Origin: Rhizobium sp. Q54
Lineage (GTDB): Bacteria; Bacteroidota; Bacteroidia; Flavobacteriales; Flavobacteriaceae
Assembly: GCA_943328505.2 (NCBI GenBank)
Contig: CALQAH020000006.1
Span: 255-64,254 of the forward strand
DNA: 64,000 bases
Direction of reading: 5' to 3'
How positions within the stretch are numbered: the stretch's first letter is position 1; each line of letters starts with the position of its first letter. Both the position numbers and the translations under genes were made by a program. The notes below the pieces were generated by a model. The model made no database searches, was not told the DNA's origin, and saw only the letters and a list, made by a program, of their open reading frames with translations. Below, one piece after another: positions 8,640 through 19,350 of the stretch.

Positions 8640-9619
8640 TGGAACAAAAACAAACAACTATATTAATCACTGGAGGTGCTGGATTTATTGGTTCAAATCT
8701 TTGCGAATATTTTTTATCGAAAGATTATCAAGTAATCTGTTTCGATAATTTTGCAACGGGTCACAGACATAATATTAAATCTTTTTTTGATTCTAAAAAC
8801 TTTACTTTAATTGAAGGAGATATACGAAATTTTGAACAGTGTCAAAAAGCAGTGCAAAATGTAGATTATGTGCTACATCAAGCAGCTTTAGGCTCAGTGC
8901 CTAGATCCATAAACGATCCAATAACTACCAATGATGTTAATGTTACAGGATTTTTAAATATGTTGGTCGCTTCTAGAGATGCCAAAGTAAAACGATTTAT
9001 ATACGCAGCAAGTTCATCAACTTATGGTGATTCAGAAAAATTACCAAAAGTAGAAGATATAATTGGTAAGCCTCTTTCACCCTATGCTATTACAAAATAT
9101 GTAAACGAATTATATGCAGAAATTTTTAGTAAAACCTATGGTATTGAAACTATTGGTTTACGATATTTTAATGTGTTTGGAAGAAGACAAGACCCAAATG
9201 GTGCCTATGCAGCTGTTATTCCTAAATTTGTATTACAGTTAATGAACCACCAAAGCCCCATAATTAATGGTGACGGAAATTATTCAAGAGATTTTACATA
9301 CATTGATAATGTTATTCAAATGAATGAATTAGCAATGACAGTAAATAACCCTAACGCAATAAATACAGTATACAATACCGCCTACGGTGATAGAAATACT
9401 TTAAACGATTTAATAAATTACCTCAAAGAATATCTCTCAGAATTTGATGAAAAAATAGCTACTATTGAAGTAATACATGGTCCAAATCGTGAAGGAGACA
9501 TACCGCATTCATTAGCTAGTATTGATAAAGCAAAAGAATTATTAAAATATTCCCCTCAATTTTCATTTCAAAACGGACTTAAGGAAGCTGTGAAATGGTA
9601 TTGGGAAAACCTAAAATAA
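8639..9619 (+). CDS. Extended-SDR NAD-dependent UDP-sugar 4-epimerase (WbpP/TviC-like)
   Basis: GGAGFIGS Rossmann motif and YAITK (YxxxK). The ATG overlaps the wzc stop by 1 nt. Substrate is inferred only from pairing with the TviB/WbpO-like dehydrogenase. Confidence 0.8.
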   Translation: MEQKQTTILITGGAGFIGSNLCEYFLSKDYQVICFDNFATGHRHNIKSFFDSKNFTLIEGDIRNFEQCQKAVQNVDYVLHQAALGSVPRSINDPITTNDVNVTGFLNMLVASRDAKVKRFIYAASSSTYGDSEKLPKVEDIIGKPLSPYAITKYVNELYAEIFSKTYGIETIGLRYFNVFGRRQDPNGAYAAVIPKFVLQLMNHQSPIINGDGNYSRDFTYIDNVIQMNELAMTVNNPNAINTVYNTAYGDRNTLNDLINYLKEYLSEFDEKIATIEVIHGPNREGDIPHSLASIDKAKELLKYSPQFSFQNGLKEAVKWYWENLK

Positions 9620-9634
9620 AAAGTAAAATTTATA

Positions 9635-11023
9635 ATGAAAATAACTAATATCTGTTGTATTGGAGCTGGTTATGTTGGAGGACCAACAATGGCAGTAATT
9701 GCTGATAAATGCCCACACATTAAAGTTACAGTAGTTGATCTAAATGAAAAAAGAATTGCAGCATGGAATGATGCTGATTTTAATATCCCAATATACGAAC
9801 CAGGTTTAACAGAAATTGTTACTAAAGCAAGAGGCAAAAATTTATTTTTTTCTACCGAAGTTGATAAAGCAATTGATGAAGCTGAATTGATTTTTATTTC
9901 GGTTAACACACCGACCAAAACCTACGGTACTGGTAAAGGAATGGCAGCCGATTTAAAGCATATTGAATTATGTGCTCGACAAATTGCTAGAATTTCTAAA
10001 AACAATAAAATTATTGTTGAAAAATCAACATTACCTGTAAGAACTGCTGAAGCTTTAAAAAGCATTTTAGACAATACCGGAAATGGCGTTCAATTTCAAA
10101 TTCTTTCCAATCCCGAATTTTTAGCAGAAGGAACGGCAATTCAAGATTTGATAAATCCCGATAGAGTATTAATTGGTGGTGATTCAACTTCTGAAGGACA
10201 ACAAGCAATTGATTCATTAGTAGAAATTTATTCCAATTGGGTTGCAAAAGATAAAATTCTTAAAACCAATGTCTGGTCTTCAGAATTATCGAAATTAACA
10301 GCAAATGCATTTCTAGCGCAACGAGTTTCCTCCATCAATGCATTATCTGAACTTTGTGAAAAAACAGGTGCAAATGTTAATGAAGTTGCAAAAGCAATTG
10401 GAATGGATAGTAGAATTGGTTCAAAATTTTTAAAGGCATCTGTTGGTTTTGGTGGTTCATGCTTTCAAAAAGACATCCTTAATCTTGTTTATATATCTAA
10501 AACGTTTGGGCTTAATGAAGTAGCCGATTATTGGGAACAGGTTATCATCATGAATGACCACCAAAAAAGACGCTTTTCTAAAAACATAGTACAGTCCTTA
10601 TACAATACAGTTGCTGAAAAAAAAATAACATTTTTTGGTTGGGCTTTCAAAAAAGACACCAATGATACTAGAGAATCTGCCGCCATTTATGTAGCAGATG
10701 ATCTCATAAACGAACAAGCAAATATTGCACTTTTTGATCCTAAAGTTTCACAAGAACAAGTTTTAGCAGATTTGAATTATCTAGAAACAAGATCAGAATC
10801 AGAAAACAAAAAACACATTCAATCATTTCAAGATCCTTATGATGCCTGTAAAAATGCTCATGCTATAGCTATTTTAACAGAATGGGATCAATTTAAAGAA
10901 TACGATTGGAAAAAAATATATGAAAGCATGCTAAAACCAGCTTTTGTTTTTGATGGAAGAAATTTATTGGACGAAAGTTATATGAAATCAATTGGATTTG
11001 TATACCAATCTATTGGTTCTTAA
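9635..11023 (+). CDS. ugd: UDP-glucose 6-dehydrogenase (long, eukaryote-like form)
   Basis: [12 protein letters not shown] fold, catalytic [10 protein letters not shown] motif, 462 aa. Confidence 0.9.
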   Translation: MKITNICCIGAGYVGGPTMAVIADKCPHIKVTVVDLNEKRIAAWNDADFNIPIYEPGLTEIVTKARGKNLFFSTEVDKAIDEAELIFISVNTPTKTYGTGKGMAADLKHIELCARQIARISKNNKIIVEKSTLPVRTAEALKSILDNTGNGVQFQILSNPEFLAEGTAIQDLINPDRVLIGGDSTSEGQQAIDSLVEIYSNWVAKDKILKTNVWSSELSKLTANAFLAQRVSSINALSELCEKTGANVNEVAKAIGMDSRIGSKFLKASVGFGGSCFQKDILNLVYISKTFGLNEVADYWEQVIIMNDHQKRRFSKNIVQSLYNTVAEKKITFFGWAFKKDTNDTRESAAIYVADDLINEQANIALFDPKVSQEQVLADLNYLETRSESENKKHIQSFQDPYDACKNAHAIAILTEWDQFKEYDWKKIYESMLKPAFVFDGRNLLDESYMKSIGFVYQSIGS

Positions 11024-11031
11024 TAAAATTA

Positions 11032-11039
11032 TATATTTG
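11032..11039 (+). promoter_or_regulatory. -7 box TATATTTG, internal promoter candidate before the TviB/WbpO-like gene
   Basis: Matches TAnnTTTG in the 51-nt gap after ugd. Confidence 0.4.
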
Positions 11040-11074
11040 CTCACAAAAAAAATACAAATCATAAACATTTATTT

Positions 11075-12352
11075 ATGGCTATTAAAATCGCAATTATTGG
11101 GTTAGGATATGTCGGATTACCATTAGCAAGACTTTTTGCTACAAAATATCCTGTCGTTGGTTTTGATATTAATCAAAATCGAATAAACGAATTAAATTCA
11201 GGAATTGATTCTACGCTAGAAATAAATGAAGCTACTTTAAAAGCTGTTTTGAAACCATCATCTTCAACTGAAAATGGTTTATTTTGCAGCAATACCATTG
11301 AAGATATCCAAGATTGTAATTATTATATTGTAACCGTACCAACTCCTGTTGATAAAAACAACCGTCCTGATTTATCTCCTTTATACAAATCTAGTGAGAC
11401 TGTTGGGAAGGTCTTGAAAAAAGGTGACATTGTTATTTATGAATCTACAGTCTATCCTGGCGTTACTGAAGAAGAATGTATACCCGTTTTAGAACGCATC
11501 AGTGGTCTTAAATTTAATGTAGATTTTTTCGCCGGTTATTCCCCTGAAAGAATAAATCCAGGAGATAAAGAGCACACTGTAGAAAAAATTTTAAAAGTTA
11601 CTTCTGGTTCAAATCCAGAAATAGGGATAAAAGTAAATAACTTATACAAATCTGTAATTACAGCTGGTACCCATTTGGCACCCTCTATAAAAGTTGCCGA
11701 AGCTGCCAAAGTAATTGAAAACTCACAACGAGATATTAATATTGCTTTTGTAAATGAATTAGCAAAAATATTCAATCTTTTAGATATAGATACACATGCC
11801 GTACTAGAAGCTGCTGGAACCAAATGGAACTTTTTACCTTTCAAACCAGGATTAGTTGGCGGACATTGTATTGGTGTTGACCCTTATTATTTAGCACAAA
11901 AAGCTCAAGAAAAAGGATATCATCCCGAAATTATTTTAGCTGGAAGAAGGTTAAATGATAGTATGGGAGAATATGTAGCATCGCAAGTGGTGAAACTTAT
12001 GATTAAAAAAGGAGTAACTATAAATGGAGCTCAATTATTAATGCTAGGAATTACATTTAAGGAAAATTGTCCTGATGTTAGGAATACTAAAATTGTTGAT
12101 GTTGTTCATGCATTATCAGATTATGGCATTCAAATTACTATTTATGATCCATGGGCAAAACCATCGGATGTAAAACATGAATACCAATTAGAAACAACTA
12201 CAGAATTGCCAAAAAGCACTTTTGACGCTATTGTATTAGGTGTAGCACATAAAGAATTTGAATCAATGGATTTAGAGATACTAAAAAAATCTAATAGTGT
12301 ATTGTTTGATGTAAAAGGTGTTCTGAAAGAAAAAGCGGACGGAAGATTATAA
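11075..12352 (+). CDS. Nucleotide-sugar 6-dehydrogenase, UDP-HexNAc type (TviB/WbpO/CapL-like)
   Basis: GLGYVGLP NAD fold, catalytic VGGHCIGVDP motif, 425 aa. Confidence 0.8.
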   Translation: MAIKIAIIGLGYVGLPLARLFATKYPVVGFDINQNRINELNSGIDSTLEINEATLKAVLKPSSSTENGLFCSNTIEDIQDCNYYIVTVPTPVDKNNRPDLSPLYKSSETVGKVLKKGDIVIYESTVYPGVTEEECIPVLERISGLKFNVDFFAGYSPERINPGDKEHTVEKILKVTSGSNPEIGIKVNNLYKSVITAGTHLAPSIKVAEAAKVIENSQRDINIAFVNELAKIFNLLDIDTHAVLEAAGTKWNFLPFKPGLVGGHCIGVDPYYLAQKAQEKGYHPEIILAGRRLNDSMGEYVASQVVKLMIKKGVTINGAQLLMLGITFKENCPDVRNTKIVDVVHALSDYGIQITIYDPWAKPSDVKHEYQLETTTELPKSTFDAIVLGVAHKEFESMDLEILKKSNSVLFDVKGVLKEKADGRL

Positions 12353-12356
12353 TCCT

Positions 12357-13403
12357 ATGAAAAAAATACTAATAACTGGTGGCGCTGGATTTATAGGCTC
12401 TCATGTTGTAAGACTCATGGTAAAAAAATATCCTGAATATCATATTTTTAATTTGGATGCATTGACTTATGCTGGAAATCTAGAAAATATTGTTGATATT
12501 GAAAACCTCCCCAATTATACCTTTATAAAAGGTGATATCGTTGATGCTGAATTTATAAATCAACTATTTGAAAAACATCAATTTGATGGTGTCATTCATT
12601 TAGCAGCCGAATCACATGTAGACCGGTCGATTACAGATCCATTGGCTTTTGTAAAAACCAATGTATTTGGAACAATGAATTTACTTAATGCTGCAAAATC
12701 AATTTGGGCTGCCAACTTTGAAGGAAAACGTTTTTATCACATTAGTACTGATGAAGTGTATGGCAGTTTAGGGTCAACTGGTTTGTTTACTGAAACCACA
12801 GCCTATGATCCAAACTCTCCATATTCAGCGTCAAAAGCAAGTTCTGATCATTTTGTTCGTGCTTATGGCGAAACCTATGGATTATCCTACGTTATAACGA
12901 ATTGTTCCAACAATTATGGTCCAAATCATTTTCCAGAAAAACTAATTCCTTTATTCATAAACAACATAATTAATAATCAACCATTACCCGTCTATGGCGA
13001 TGGAAAGTATACCCGTGATTGGCTTTTTGTTGAAGATCATGCCATAGCTATTGACTTAGTTTTTCACAAGGGCAGAAATCATGAAACGTATAATATAGGT
13101 GGATTTAATGAATGGCAAAATATTGATTTAGTAAAATTAATGTGCCAAAAAATGGATGCAAAATTGGGCCGATTATCGGGAACTTCTGAAAATTTAATTA
13201 CCTATGTTAAAGATCGACCTGGACACGATTTACGCTATGCTATAGATGCTTCAAAAATTAATAAAGAACTTGGCTGGAAACCTTCGGTTACCTTTGAACA
13301 AGGTTTAGATAAAACTATTGATTGGTATTTATCAAATGAGGTATGGTTAAAAAATGTAACCTCAGGTGAATATTCAAAATACTATCAAAAACAATATTCT
13401 TAA
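12357..13403 (+). CDS. rfbB: dTDP-glucose 4,6-dehydratase
   Basis: GGAGFIGS, HISTDEVYG and YSASKASSD motifs. Length and termini are typical of RmlB. Confidence 0.9.
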   Translation: MKKILITGGAGFIGSHVVRLMVKKYPEYHIFNLDALTYAGNLENIVDIENLPNYTFIKGDIVDAEFINQLFEKHQFDGVIHLAAESHVDRSITDPLAFVKTNVFGTMNLLNAAKSIWAANFEGKRFYHISTDEVYGSLGSTGLFTETTAYDPNSPYSASKASSDHFVRAYGETYGLSYVITNCSNNYGPNHFPEKLIPLFINNIINNQPLPVYGDGKYTRDWLFVEDHAIAIDLVFHKGRNHETYNIGGFNEWQNIDLVKLMCQKMDAKLGRLSGTSENLITYVKDRPGHDLRYAIDASKINKELGWKPSVTFEQGLDKTIDWYLSNEVWLKNVTSGEYSKYYQKQYS

Positions 13404-13429
13404 ACCAATTTTAAATTGAAAATAGCGTA

Positions 13430-14935
13430 ATGAGTCAATTAAAAAAAGGTGCCATATTATCCTATTTAAATATAATCTTAACTAATGTAATTGGTTTATT
13501 GTTAACCCCATTTATCATTAAATCATTAGGCGATTCCGAGTATGGATTATATACTTTAATTGGATCTTTAATTGCCTATATAAGTGTTTTAGATTTTGGG
13601 TTAAACAACACGATTGTTCGTTTTGTGGCGCTATACCGTGCGAAAAATGATAGTAAAGGGGAAGAAAATTTTTTAGCGACAACATTAATTATATATGGTA
13701 TAATCTCAATAATAATTATTGTTTTAGGTTTGGTTTTATATTTCAATTTAGATACTATTTTTAAGAATCTTAATGCAATTGAATTAGAAAAAGCAAAAAT
13801 AATGTTTGCCATTTTACTATTTAATTTAGGGATTTCTCTTCCTGGAGGTGCTTTTGCCGCTATTTGTTCGGGGTATGAAAAGTTTATATTTCCTCGTGCA
13901 CTAACAATTATTAAATATATCGTACGTTCTATTTTAATTGTAGGTTTATTACTTTTAGGTAGCGACTCTGTTGGGATTGTAATTTTAGACACGGTTGTAA
14001 ATATTCTTGTCATTTTTATCAATATCTATTTTGTGCTAAAAATTCTAAAAATAAAAATTCAGCTGCATTTTTTAGAAAAAAATCTTTTTAAAGAGATATT
14101 CAGTTATTCTATCTGGATCTTTATTTTTGCAATGGTGGGACAATTTCAATGGACATCTGGTCAAGTAATATTAGGAATAGTAAGCAATACTACTACAGTT
14201 GCAATATATGGAGTTGGTATAATGCTTGGAACGTATTATGGCGCATTTTCAACTGCAATTTCAGGCGTTTTTTTACCTCGAGCAACTAAAATGACTGTCT
14301 TGGATGCAACTGGTAAAGAACTTACGGATATGATGATAAAAATTGGAAGATATTCACTGATAATATTACTATTTATTTTAGGTGGATTTATGCTTTTTGG
14401 ACAACAATTCATTTACTTATGGGTTGGAAAAACCTATGTTGATTCATGGATTATCGCACTTATGGTGATGATAGCTTATACCTTGCCTCTCACTCAAGCT
14501 TTTGCAAACTCAATATTAGAAGCCAAAAGTAAATTTTCCTATAAAGCCATTTGTTATATATCGCTATTAGCTTTAGGTACTTTATTAGGTGCCCTATTGG
14601 TTAAACAATATGGTGTTTTAGGTTTAATATCTGGTACCACTTTAGGTTGGATTATTAGCCAAGTAATTATGAATTTTTATTATCATAATAAATTACAGTT
14701 AGAAATTCCAAGATTCTTTAAAGAGGTAACTAATAAAATTTTACTTGTGTTTTTTATTTTATTATTTATGAGTTACTTTTTATATTTAATCCCAGGTCAT
14801 GGTTGGTTCAATCTACTCATTAAAATTATTATTTACAGCATACTTTTTTCTTTTTTAATGTTTAAATTTGGTGTCAATAAAGAAGAAAAAACGACATTCA
14901 TTAGCTTAATTCCAAAATTTCTAAGTAAAAAATAA
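13430..14935 (+). CDS. wzx: Wzx-type oligosaccharide flippase (MOP superfamily)
   Basis: 501 aa with 12-14 hydrophobic helices and a MOP-like N-terminus. Sits in the polysaccharide locus. Confidence 0.8.
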   Translation: MSQLKKGAILSYLNIILTNVIGLLLTPFIIKSLGDSEYGLYTLIGSLIAYISVLDFGLNNTIVRFVALYRAKNDSKGEENFLATTLIIYGIISIIIIVLGLVLYFNLDTIFKNLNAIELEKAKIMFAILLFNLGISLPGGAFAAICSGYEKFIFPRALTIIKYIVRSILIVGLLLLGSDSVGIVILDTVVNILVIFINIYFVLKILKIKIQLHFLEKNLFKEIFSYSIWIFIFAMVGQFQWTSGQVILGIVSNTTTVAIYGVGIMLGTYYGAFSTAISGVFLPRATKMTVLDATGKELTDMMIKIGRYSLIILLFILGGFMLFGQQFIYLWVGKTYVDSWIIALMVMIAYTLPLTQAFANSILEAKSKFSYKAICYISLLALGTLLGALLVKQYGVLGLISGTTLGWIISQVIMNFYYHNKLQLEIPRFFKEVTNKILLVFFILLFMSYFLYLIPGHGWFNLLIKIIIYSILFSFLMFKFGVNKEEKTTFISLIPKFLSKK

Positions 14936-14938
14936 CAC

Positions 14939-16216
14939 ATGTTAACATTAAAAAACATAGAAATTTCTGAAGACAAAAAAAGAATTATATATGATTATTC
15001 TTTCGATAAATCGATAGCTGAATTTTTCAATAAAAAAGAAAAATTTTACATTCAATATGATGAAGCGATTGATACCGTTCCAATTAGTATAACAACAGTT
15101 CCTTTTTTGGCAAATATAATGCCTATTGCTTGGTTTGTGGGTTTTGATGTGTATGTTGAAGAATTAGATGAAACTTTTTTTGAATCTTTACAACAATTAA
15201 ATGATGAATTTTCAATTCATTTTCCTCAAATAAAAAAAGATTCCACTTTATATGTTCAAAAATTGGTAACTAATACAATTACAAATACTAATTGTTCCTT
15301 ATTGTTTAGTGGTGGATTGGACGCATTTGAATCGCTATCAAGAAATATATATCAAAATCCATTCTTAATTTCTGTTCTTGGTGCCGATATAGAAATAGCA
15401 AATAAAGAACGTTGGAAGGAATTTAAAAAATTTAACTCAGAAGAAAAAACAATCAATCAAGATCGGCTTTGTTATGTGGAATCCAACTTAAGAACATTTT
15501 ACACCTATGAGGTTGATTTATTAGTAAATACCGATTGGTGGGGTAAAATTCAGCATGGAATGGCACTTTTAAGTTTAATCGCTCCTCTAAGTTATTTACA
15601 TGGTATTACAACCACTTATATTGCTTCATCAAACACTGGTGAGGTTAGTTTTGGTTGGGGTTCAACATCCGAAACCGACGAAAAAGTTCGTTGGGCCAAT
15701 CAAAAAGTCGTACATGATGGCTTTCACCTAAGAAGAACCGAAAAAATTGAAAATATTATTCAATTTGCAAAAAATACTGGAAATAAAGTTAAATTGAGGG
15801 TTTGCTATTCCGATGAAAGAGTGGGTTATAATTGCAGTCAATGTACTAAATGTCAAAGAACCATGTTTGGTTTTATACTTGCATGTGAAAATCCAAATGA
15901 TTATGGTTTCAACTTACCCAAAAACTTTTATGATTTAATTTTGAAAAATTTTAATGACAAATCCATGATGACTGTTGGAGTAAAATACGAATGGAAATGT
16001 CTTCAGGATAAAGCAAAATCAATTGTAAAACCATATATTATTGAAAATGAAACTATAGAATTAGATAAATTCAATACTTTTGCAAACTTGAATTTGGATG
16101 AAATAGTAAACAAAAACCAAAAGCAGCTTCAAAAGAAGAAACAAGTTAAATTCATTATTATAAATAGCTTCCCAAAATTATTTCAGCTTTATTTAAAAAT
16201 AAGAAGAAAATTTTAA
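14939..16216 (+). CDS. Uncharacterised protein with QueC/PP-loop ATP-pyrophosphatase-like core
   Basis: LLFSGGLDAFESL resembles the SGGxDS PP-loop. The C-terminal segment HLRRTEKIENII..LRVCYSDERVGYNCSQCTKCQRTMFGF resembles the QueC-type xSCY...CGxCxxCxxR zinc region. The N-terminal ~105 aa are unrecognised. Confidence 0.45.
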   Translation: MLTLKNIEISEDKKRIIYDYSFDKSIAEFFNKKEKFYIQYDEAIDTVPISITTVPFLANIMPIAWFVGFDVYVEELDETFFESLQQLNDEFSIHFPQIKKDSTLYVQKLVTNTITNTNCSLLFSGGLDAFESLSRNIYQNPFLISVLGADIEIANKERWKEFKKFNSEEKTINQDRLCYVESNLRTFYTYEVDLLVNTDWWGKIQHGMALLSLIAPLSYLHGITTTYIASSNTGEVSFGWGSTSETDEKVRWANQKVVHDGFHLRRTEKIENIIQFAKNTGNKVKLRVCYSDERVGYNCSQCTKCQRTMFGFILACENPNDYGFNLPKNFYDLILKNFNDKSMMTVGVKYEWKCLQDKAKSIVKPYIIENETIELDKFNTFANLNLDEIVNKNQKQLQKKKQVKFIIINSFPKLFQLYLKIRRKF

Positions 16217-16226
16217 AAACAAGAAA

Positions 16227-17198
16227 ATGATATACGGTCTTTTGACATATGTAGAAAATAAAAAGAACTTTAATGTTGGCGACAATGTTCAAAGTTTAGC
16301 AGCAAAACAATATTTACCTCAAGTTAATCAGTATTTAAATAGAGAAACTTTAGCCGATTATAAAGGCGAAAAATTAAAACTAATTATGAACGGATGGTTT
16401 ACGCACAACATTCATAATTGGGTTCCTTCTGAAGATATTATTCCATTATTTGTATCTTTTCATATCAATAATACGGCTGCGCCTCATATGTTAAGTGAAA
16501 AAGGTATCGCTTACTTAAAAAAACATGAACCTATTGGTTGTAGAGATCAATTTTCAGTTGACACATTAAAAGCAAAAGGAATAGACGCCTATTTTACAGG
16601 ATGTTTAACACTTACATTGGACAATTATAAAGTAGACGATGCCGAGAGAAATGATGAAATTTACATAGTTGATCCTTTATACAGTTACCCAACTTTTGAT
16701 AAAGTAACCTACGATTACAAAAGATTTCTTAGAAGTATTCAAAATGGAAATCTTTTTAAAATTGGTAAAAAGAAACAACACATTAAGAATTTTATTGATT
16801 CTGATTTATTGAAAAAAGCAATTTATATCAATCAAGAACCGCCAGCAAATACTTATACTGACGCACAAAAATTTGAAATGGCAGAAGCTATTTTACAAAA
16901 ATATGCCAAAGCAAAATTAGTTATTACGTCAAGAATTCATTGTGCTTTGCCTTGTTTAGCAATGGGTACACCTGTGATTTTTGTTAACGGTTTTGACAGT
17001 TTTGTAGATTCCTGTAGGTTTGATGGGATTTTGGATTTATTTAATCGAATAGATGTAAACACAAAAACAGGAGAATATACTTCAAATTTTTCACTAGAAG
17101 GGAAGATTACTTCATCAACTATTGTCAAAAATTTAGAAAAGCATCATGTTTTGGCTGAACCATTAAAAGAAAAATGCAAGGCGTTTATTGCTTCTTAA
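16227..17198 (+). CDS. Polysaccharide pyruvyl transferase family protein
   Basis: N-terminal NVGDNVQS and C-terminal VITSRIHCALPCLAMGTPVIFV are typical of the WcaK/CsaB-type PS_pyruv_trans family. Confidence 0.75.
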   Translation: MIYGLLTYVENKKNFNVGDNVQSLAAKQYLPQVNQYLNRETLADYKGEKLKLIMNGWFTHNIHNWVPSEDIIPLFVSFHINNTAAPHMLSEKGIAYLKKHEPIGCRDQFSVDTLKAKGIDAYFTGCLTLTLDNYKVDDAERNDEIYIVDPLYSYPTFDKVTYDYKRFLRSIQNGNLFKIGKKKQHIKNFIDSDLLKKAIYINQEPPANTYTDAQKFEMAEAILQKYAKAKLVITSRIHCALPCLAMGTPVIFVNGFDSFVDSCRFDGILDLFNRIDVNTKTGEYTSNFSLEGKITSSTIVKNLEKHHVLAEPLKEKCKAFIAS

Positions 17199-17208
17199 AT
17201 ACTGTAAA

Positions 17209-17991
17209 ATGATTCCGAAAATTATACATTTTTGTTGGTTAAGTGATGATAAATATCCCGAAGTCATTGAAAAATGTATTGCAACTTGGCATGAAAAACT
17301 TCCTGATTACGAATTTATTTTATGGGACACCAATCGTTTTAATTTAGAAGATGCTATTTGGGTTAAACAGGCCTTCGAATCTAAAAAATATGCATTTGCT
17401 GCTGATTATATTCGTCTATTTGCAGTTTTTAATTATGGTGGAATTTATTTAGACACCGATATTGAAGTCATTAAAAAATTTGATGATTTATTACATATGC
17501 CCTATTTTGTTGGGTCAGAAGGTGAAGGGAATATTGAAGCCGGAGTTTTTGGGGCTGAAAAAGGGTGTGAATGGATTGGAGATTGTTTAGCATATTATGA
17601 TGAAAAATCATTTATTATGTCAGATGGAACATTCAATATCACAACATTGCCTCGTATCATGATGTCGCAAATTTGTAAAACAAGAAAAATTATAGAAATT
17701 TCAAATTGTGATATTTCAAATTTAAAATTTGATGACTCTACGTTATTGATGTTTCCCGAGGATTATTTTTGCGCAAAAAATCAAGGTACAGGAATTATAA
17801 AGACAACAAAAAACACCTATTCAATTCACCATTTTGCAATGTCATGGGTATCAAAAAAAGTGACTTTTTTACCTAATTTAAAAAGAAAATTAATTGGCTT
17901 TTTGGGAGCATCCAATATTAATTTAATCATTACTGTTTTTAGACTAAAAGAAATAAGAAAGTGGCTTTCTAATTTACAATCAAAAAAATAA
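17209..17991 (+). CDS. Glycosyltransferase family 32 (Gly_transf_sug, DXD)
   Basis: IPKIIHFCWLS start, ADYIRLF and GGIYLDTD motifs. ATG 17209 is preferred over the listed TTG 17188, which overlaps the upstream gene. Confidence 0.75.
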   Translation: MIPKIIHFCWLSDDKYPEVIEKCIATWHEKLPDYEFILWDTNRFNLEDAIWVKQAFESKKYAFAADYIRLFAVFNYGGIYLDTDIEVIKKFDDLLHMPYFVGSEGEGNIEAGVFGAEKGCEWIGDCLAYYDEKSFIMSDGTFNITTLPRIMMSQICKTRKIIEISNCDISNLKFDDSTLLMFPEDYFCAKNQGTGIIKTTKNTYSIHHFAMSWVSKKVTFLPNLKRKLIGFLGASNINLIITVFRLKEIRKWLSNLQSKK

Positions 17992-18024
17992 ATAGTCCTT
18001 TTTAGAAATTATAATAATGAAAAA

Positions 18025-19227
18025 ATGAAAAGTATTTTATTAATAATGCCTTATGGAAGCGTTGGTGGTATGGAGCGATTGGCAATTAATTTCTATAATT
18101 ACTACAAAAACAATGGATATACAGTAAAAGCTATTAAAATAATAAAACTGGAATCGGATATCATCAATTTTGGTGAGGATGAAATTTTTCTTTCCAACAT
18201 AGATTTTTGTGAAATGTCATTCTCTAAAAGGTTTTTGTTTTATTTGAAAATACCTTTTATGATTCGAAAAATCATTAAACAAAATAAAACAAGTCACTCC
18301 ATAGCCTTTGGTGATATGGCTAATATATTTAGCTCATTAACTTTTACTAAAGAATATAAAATTGCAAGTATTCATGCTTTAAAAAGTGTTGAATTTGTAA
18401 ACAAATCTTTTCTAAATACCATTTTTAAACTCGGATTTAAAACAAGTTATATCAATTTTGATAAAGTGGTTTGTATTAGTACAGCGATTAAAGTGGATTT
18501 AATCAAAAATTGCGGTTTTCGTTTTAAAGAAAAACTTAAAGTAATTTACAATCCTCACGATATAGAAACAATTACCAATTTATCAAAAATTGCAATCGAG
18601 TCGAAAGAAGAAAATGGAGTTTTTGATAAAAAAACGGTACTCTTTTTAGGTCGATTATGTACTCAAAAAGCGCCTTGGCATTTAATTAAAGCTTTTAGTC
18701 TTTTGGTGAAAAAATCAAATTCATACAATCTTGTTCTTATTGGTGATGGTGATGTAAATGTTTTAAATTATATAAATGAATTGATAGAAGAACTACAAAT
18801 TAAAGAAAATGTATTCTTACTTGGCAGAAAATCCAATCCTTACCAATACCTTTCAAATGCTTCCGTTTTGGCGCTTTCATCCTACTATGAAGGAACACCA
18901 AATGTTATTGTGGAAGCCATTGCCTGCGAAATTCCAATTGTATCTTCAAATTGCACAGATGGTATTATTGAACTGATGAGTAATAAAAAATTACATAAAA
19001 ATGGAGATTTATTGATAACCGAAAGCGGTATTATTACACCTAATTTTTTTAAAGATAACCTGTCTATCCCAGAAAACAATGAATTTATTGAAGAAGAAAT
19101 ACAATTTTCCTATGCTCTTGAAATGATTTTATCGGATGACAACTACAAAACACAATTGATTTTAAATAAAAAAACTCTCTTGGAAAAGTTTGAAATAAAA
19201 AAAATTGCAGAAGAATATTTACAATAA
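18025..19227 (+). CDS. Glycosyltransferase family 4 (GT-B)
   Basis: C-terminal EGTPNVIVEAIACEIPIV (E-x7-E) motif, 400 aa. Confidence 0.8.
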   Translation: MKSILLIMPYGSVGGMERLAINFYNYYKNNGYTVKAIKIIKLESDIINFGEDEIFLSNIDFCEMSFSKRFLFYLKIPFMIRKIIKQNKTSHSIAFGDMANIFSSLTFTKEYKIASIHALKSVEFVNKSFLNTIFKLGFKTSYINFDKVVCISTAIKVDLIKNCGFRFKEKLKVIYNPHDIETITNLSKIAIESKEENGVFDKKTVLFLGRLCTQKAPWHLIKAFSLLVKKSNSYNLVLIGDGDVNVLNYINELIEELQIKENVFLLGRKSNPYQYLSNASVLALSSYYEGTPNVIVEAIACEIPIVSSNCTDGIIELMSNKKLHKNGDLLITESGIITPNFFKDNLSIPENNEFIEEEIQFSYALEMILSDDNYKTQLILNKKTLLEKFEIKKIAEEYLQ

Positions 19228-19326
19228 ACGTTAAATTAAAAAAAAAACATTCAATAAGTAATTCGTTAATCAAATTATTATAATATTTGTCAATTACTAA
19301 TTCAACTGAAATAGATTAGCTTAGTT

Positions 19327-19334
19327 TACTTTTG
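19327..19334 (+). promoter_or_regulatory. -7 box TACTTTTG, internal promoter candidate before the MBOAT gene
   Basis: Matches TAnnTTTG in the only large (123-nt) gap inside the polysaccharide locus. Confidence 0.45.
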
Positions 19335-19350
19335 ATAAAATACAAAAAAA

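Noticed and set aside
13576-14022. 148-aa minus-strand ORF inside the flippase gene
   Set aside because: It is antisense to a well-supported membrane protein gene. Its low-complexity I/K/F-rich product is what AT-rich antisense frames typically give.
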